DNA of 64,000 bases from Mobula hypostoma (taxonomy: Eukaryota), in assembly GCF_963921235.1 (NCBI RefSeq), contig NC_086097.1, forward strand, positions 215,886,001 through 215,950,000, read 5' to 3'. The position numbers and the translations under genes are program-made. The notes beneath the pieces were generated by a model. It had not been told where the DNA came from, made no database searches, and saw nothing but the letters and a program-made list of their open reading frames with translations. Positions 58,322 through 64,000 of the stretch are shown in pieces. The stretch's first letter is position 1. The number at the start of each line of letters is the position of its first letter.

Positions 58322-61300
58322 TGAGTACCAACATCAAGAATTTAGAAATTTCACCTCTGAGAGTTACATCACTTTTGTGTCCATAACTTAAAACTAATTC
58401 TGGGAATATCCTTAAAACTTAACATGGCTACTAAAACATAATTAAGAACCAGAATTTCTGCTTTCAATTTAAAGGAAGAAATGCAGCTTCCTGTCAGTAA
58501 AGTTGGCAGGCGTGGGTTTTCAGATCCAGTTAGAAAGCCTGTTCAATATACAGTTACCATCCCATCCTTGAAGTCTCTATAAAGCCAACGTCCTTACTTT
58601 CCCAGTGGCCTTCACCTTTTGTTCCCTGCTCGAGAGATTTTATGGCTAATTTCCGGCAATTTATCCTGGCAGTTTGAGGGAGAATTCCTATGAGAATAAT
58701 GTGCATAATTTGCGTAAATCATTCTGATAGAATGCATATCAGCATGTAGCTCCTGTCTGAGGTTGCAACACACACAGTGTAATCAAAACTGACTTCTTTC
58801 TAACAGCATATCTGGAAACTGCACTTAGCAACTTGATTCTATCTGATTGTCACTTGAAAGTAGAAAAATTGAGTATCAGCCCATTAGATGACAAAAATTT
58901 GTAAAACTCATCACCTGTGTTAGAGGGATTAAAAGTAAGCTTCACTCATGATCTTGAGCACCAGCGGTGTTGTTAAAAAAGGAAGTTTTAAAAAAAACTT
59001 CAAGTGCTAATGCAAAGTAAACAGCAACTGTTCTTTCAGTAAACATTAAATCTGCTGCAGCGTGCACAGAAAATAAAGTGGCATGGGATGCTTTCTCGCA
59101 GTAGGTTTTTCCTTAAGCGTGCATTTGTCGAAAGGAATGAAGCTTCGGCCGGCTCTGTGTGGTCAGCGCGGTGATTCAATGTGACGTACAGTGAGTCTCT
59201 GCATATTCTTTTGGACTGCCTTCGTTACTATAATCAGGCAGAGTCAAATCGGTTTGTTGGTGACGAAGCCAGAACACCACTGCGGATCCAAAATGCAGGC
59301 TTGATTGCCACAAGGCACCTGACACGATAGATTCTAAGTGGCAGTGTTTTGGCAGCGAAACTTTGCAGTCTACGATAAAATGTCTACCTTCCACCCTCTT
59401 GCTGTGCGCAGCCAAAAGAAAGACATTGTGCATAAACCATTTTACTATGTGCTTGGGAAATGATAGATGACATGTGAAACATTACTGTTTGCCTAAGAAA
59501 TCAGATGAAACAAATAGATAATTTCATGACTGCACTGCACAACTGTGAAAAGCAAGTGTAGTAGTTAGTGTACAAGCAACATGGTCACGTTCCATTGGCT
59601 GAGGTTCGCCCTGGCAGCATGGCAGTCAGAGCCTGATGCAGTATCACAAATGACAATTGGGCAAGCATATCTTACGTAGAAGTTAATCACGATAATGGAG
59701 CACAGAATGTGGCTTTGTGGTCAGATAGTAAGTGACAAAATCTGTTATAACTTACAGTACCAGCTACATGTTGGAGGTTAGGCTGCTTTGAGCAATCATG
59801 ATGATAATTATTAAATGACGAAAGTAATAGATAGATTATGATCAGCAAGGAAGAAACAGAGGCTCCTGTGGTTTGAGCTGACAAAAGAATTTTCTGTGAA
59901 TCGACTGCACACAAAAATAAAAACAAAATGCAGAAAATCACAATCAGTTTATTTTATACATTTAACATATATCAGAAGCTGACATCCAATTCTCTGGGCA
60001 GATCAGCTGGCAGCTTGGAAGTCTTCCATTCAGCACAAAGAAATACTGTAAATTATCCAATGCAGTGGGGCAACATCTGTTTCTGTGCTATACCAAACAA
60101 ACAGGCAATTTAAAGACTATGATGACATAATCTGTAAATACATCCCCTTGGTTTTCTCATGAACACAGCGGCTCAGGTTGGAGGAAATGCTCCCTTTTAG
60201 TTACAGCATCAGTGGAAAGAATGGAGATCTGTACTACAAGCTTAATGTGCCAGACATTGGCAGTTATCCTTGAAGTGAAAGTTTGTATCCATGTAAAATC
60301 CTGATAGATTTATAGCAAATTACAGTGAAATACCTTAAAAACTGCATTTTAGAGGTCTACAAGTGCTTTCAAAATGCATTATATATATTCCCCCCCCCCC
60401 CCACTTTACAATACTCCAGTTTAAGCAAGGCTGGTTATGTGTTAGCATTCTGCCTGCCTGGTTTAATGTAAACAGCAAGGTACAATAGCCTTTTAAAATC
60501 TGTGGGATTTTAAAATCATAAAACATTCTCTATTAATTTTCAACAAATGAATGCTATTTTTTCAAAATGGAGAAATTATCCATGTTAAGAAATGTAACTA
60601 ATTTGAGTGGGTATTGCCACAAATGACAGATAAGCAAACTAGGCAAAAAAAATTCTGCCAGCTTAAATTGCAAAATAAATATAAAATGGTGATTTAGATA
60701 CCCAGTCATCTATAAGATGCTTCAACAATGCAGCTCAGTAAGCTGAAAGGTCACTTTTGTCTCTAATGCCTAGAAGGATCATGAAAAATGGACAGTGCAC
60801 TGAAATTCAATAACATTGAACAGAAAATGATCAATAAGTACTGTAAGAACTACAGCTGCTGATCTTCGTTGTCATCATGTCCAATTTGTCAACCAATAAA
60901 CTAACAATGAAAAGGAAGTGACAATAAGAAGGAATCATTCCAGAAAAAATGAACTTTTACACATAAAATACTGAATCAAAAACTAATCTATTTGATCTAT
61001 TTAAAATAATCATGAGTCGAGGAGCAGAGAGGAATTATTATACAGATTTTTGTAGCTAATCCTGTTTGGTAGTATAATTTAATTAACAGGAAGGAAAAGT
61101 TCTCAGAAGCAGCATGTTGGAGAATATCCTTTGCAACTACATTTGCTATTTCCATATCTGTTTTCAAGGACCAATTAAATGCCATAATTGCAAATATTTC
61201 AGTTGGTATGGTATAATATATCAAGAAAGAGTATGAACAAGTTCAAGACATACTCAAGGGGTATTATGTACTTACATGAACGTTGTAAGGGCTCCACAGA

Positions 61301-61414
61301 TAGTGCTGGGGAAAATAGTTTTCTTGTCCCTGTAATCCATGTACTGATCCTTTAATTTTACCCGTTCTAAAGAAAATATGAAAACCCCCAAAACTATTTG
61401 TGTCGGCAGGCCAC

Positions 61415-61517
61415 TTGTCAATCATGATGATGTCAACGATGCCGGATGTCACTGTGCAGCATGTTAGTAAAGCAGCTGCATAAATGGTGGCTGACAGATT
61501 GGCAATGTGATTGACAG
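61415..61517. promoter_or_regulatory. Cluster of TALE-homeodomain (PBX-MEIS/PREP) motifs, candidate enhancer
   Basis: TGATTGACAG at 61508-61517, TGATTGACAA on the minus strand at 61415-61424, TGACAG at 61492-61497, and a CAGCTG E-box at 61473-61478. Confidence 0.5.
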
Positions 61518-64000
61518 GGAAGCCAGAGTTTACAAATAGTTCTTGGCGTGTGTCAAAAATCAGACTGCTGTTACTTTTGTTTAAAATATCTAAATGATGG
61601 GTATTAAGGAATGAGTTTTCGCCTTGAAAAAACATCCTGTCGATGTAGACTTCGAAGACAGTTTTTTAAAGTATTTCAGATTGAGGACGCCATAGCATTA
61701 ATTACAAGGGATTTACTTTACTTATTACAGAAGGCCAAGTAACAAAGTGACTGTGAGCATAAATTAATTTTGCAGCAGAGAACGTTTTAAAGAGTGATTA
61801 ATTAAGCTCACGCCGGAAAAAAATTACATTTATGGAATGATACTTCTTAAAAAAATTGGATTTTCCTCTTTCCTGAGGCACTGAAAATAGACTGTGTATG
61901 GTGCTAACACCTAATTGAATCCTCCGTTCAAAAAAAAGGTCACAGAGTTGGGCAGAAATATACTAAGATAAGTGTTTATAGTAGTTTATATCTAGGATCT
62001 TGTGTTAAAACGGGTGCTGCACTGTTTGCACTAAAAACTCACTTAATTCAGCACAGGAGGATACAAGTTATGTGCAGCAATCGGAGAACAGCATCACTCA
62101 AAGGCATTCTGCATGTGGTGCCCAGGCAGCTCTGATACACACACTGCAGAAACCATGGAAGAGAGTGGCCATAGGAGAGTGAGAGTGAATATTCATACAT
62201 GCTTGTGTGTGCACACACACACACACACAGAAATGCTCTCCTACACCAGTGTTCACTACCACCCTCTCTAAATGCATTCTTCTCCCTAGAATGCTAAAGG
62301 GAAGGTTAACCTAGCAAAGAGACAATAATGAAGAGGTAATCTCATGTCCTTCATCCCCTCTATTTAGAAAAAGACAGAGAGGAATACGAGGGAATGCACT
62401 CGGCTGTCACAGATGCACCGTCTGATCTACATCGGCAACGTCATCCCGCACCTCATAGGTAGAGGTACCACCAAAGGAGCAAATCTAATCATAATTCTAT
62501 CAGGTGTCCTCACTAACAACATTTCATTGTGATCATTACATTCCCTTTGATTTGACCACCAGTAGATACCTTCATGACCATCTGTGCTCTTGTATCACCA
62601 TAAAAGTACAACTATTTTCTATTTTCTCTGCACATCAAAGCTATCGGAAGAACTCATATGATCACCCAGCCTCTATTCCCTAGAAAGAGCAAAGATGGAA
62701 TGGGACAGGGGGTGGAGATGTATGGTGAGATGGCGAATTATCTGTCAGCTACTGGCCAAATAGAAATGACTAGGAGCATCTGTCAGCTCCTGCAAGAAGT
62801 TTTACAGGGTTAGTGGTCATGACATCCTCTCTAGCCATCTTGTGTGATTCTGTGCAAGGTATCGTCGGTTGTGTCACCACATACCACCAACTGATGTGAT
62901 ATACATTTAAATCCAAGCAACATTCTTAAAACACATTTAAACCTCACAGAGGATTTCTATCTTAAAGATTTCCAAATTACAAACCATTTCTAAAACACAA
63001 AGCACAGAGGATCTCCAAGACATAAATACAATTCCCATAAATTAAAAAGAAATACCAAGGAGTTGCAGGCGAACAAGTTTTCAGTCACGGAAACTAAAGA
63101 CAGAGGAATGAATTCTAGTTTACCCTTTGTTTTCTCCATGCTTCTTGATGTTCCTTTACCCTATTCCTAATACGCCTACACTGTGCTCAACATATGTATC
63201 CTTTCTCTACTTCTTGGGTGATTTCACATGCGTAAGATATTTCCTCAGATATCCTTTTAATACTAAAAGTCTAAAAGCATCTTGGAGACATAGATCTTAG
63301 CTTTACATCACTAATACTATAAAGCTAACTTCTCTGAGTACATAAAACTCCTAACATTAATAGATCAGTTATTCAATATGCTAAATGATATTATCCACCT
63401 GGTCTGCAAGCTTCCTTGAAATAAGCAACTTAATCAACTTTGTTTGGAACAAGATAAATTGAACAGCCCATTGTCTTACACTGCATCCCTTTGAACAGTA
63501 ATAAAATTCTTTTGTTTTAACTTCAAACTGATTACTGCTTTCTATTTACATTTTAAAAACACAGAACTAACCCTCATTTACAGCCACAAACTAAACAAAG
63601 CATAGTTGTTGGAAGTTTACTTACAACTGTTTGTTCTTACACATGGCAGCTGATGAGTTTAGAAAGCAAGCTTTGAAAGATATGAGGCAAGTTCTGAATG
63701 AATATCCATCACACTGGTCCAGTCTGTAAAGGCACAGCCAGAGGTGATACCAGGTCTTTCTGCTTCAGTGCAGTTTCACAATCAAGACAGAGGTCTGACC
63801 TGTGACTTATTCCAAGATACTGGGTTCATGCTGGCTCCCATAGGAGTAATCCCATCAATTTTGTTCCACCTCCTCATTTCTTTATAGTCCTATAACTTAT
63901 TCTTTCTCAAATTCTTATTTAATCCTTTTTTCATCGAATATGCATGAAGATATAATTTACAGAGTCAATTAATCGGCCAGTATATTGAAAGGAAGTGAGA

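Noticed and set aside
61264..61635. 123-aa minus-strand ORF as a possible further cyp7b1 exon
   Set aside because: No similarity to the expected CYP7 I-helix exon (LWAS.ANT.P..FW). That exon was not found in 58212-64000 and probably lies beyond the window.

Overview
A repeat-rich vertebrate window, most likely from a cartilaginous fish (V-domain SINEs, abundant CR1, Rex1/Babar-like and Penelope-like retroelements). It has two host genes arranged tail-to-tail, as at the human BHLHE22-CYP7B1 locus. One is the single-exon neural bHLH gene bhlhe22 (5986-6822, +), inside a ~9.5 kb transposon-free, CpG-retaining domain. The other is represented by the last two coding exons of a CYP7-family P450, most likely cyp7b1 (58033-58211 and 50682-50972, -); its upstream exons appear to lie beyond the window. 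The ~44 kb between the genes and the last cyp7b1 intron contain nested CR1 LINEs (one with an uninterrupted 817-codon ORF but a FADD>FADY catalytic change), Rex1-like LINE ends, SINEs, two solo LTRs with exact 4-bp target-site duplications (TSDs), and a tiny hAT MITE. The most striking pattern is a family of Penelope-derived insertions carrying minimal hammerhead-ribozyme motifs (CUGANGA...GAAACGUC). Many are only 100-220 bp, several are palindromic, they are flanked by 10-14 bp TSDs, and their breakpoints cluster at the ribozyme. One intact-core copy lies in the sense strand of the last cyp7b1 intron. A solo LTR has inserted ~20 nt after the likely cyp7b1 polyadenylation signal. All alignments were done by eye, so repeat boundaries without a TSD are approximate.
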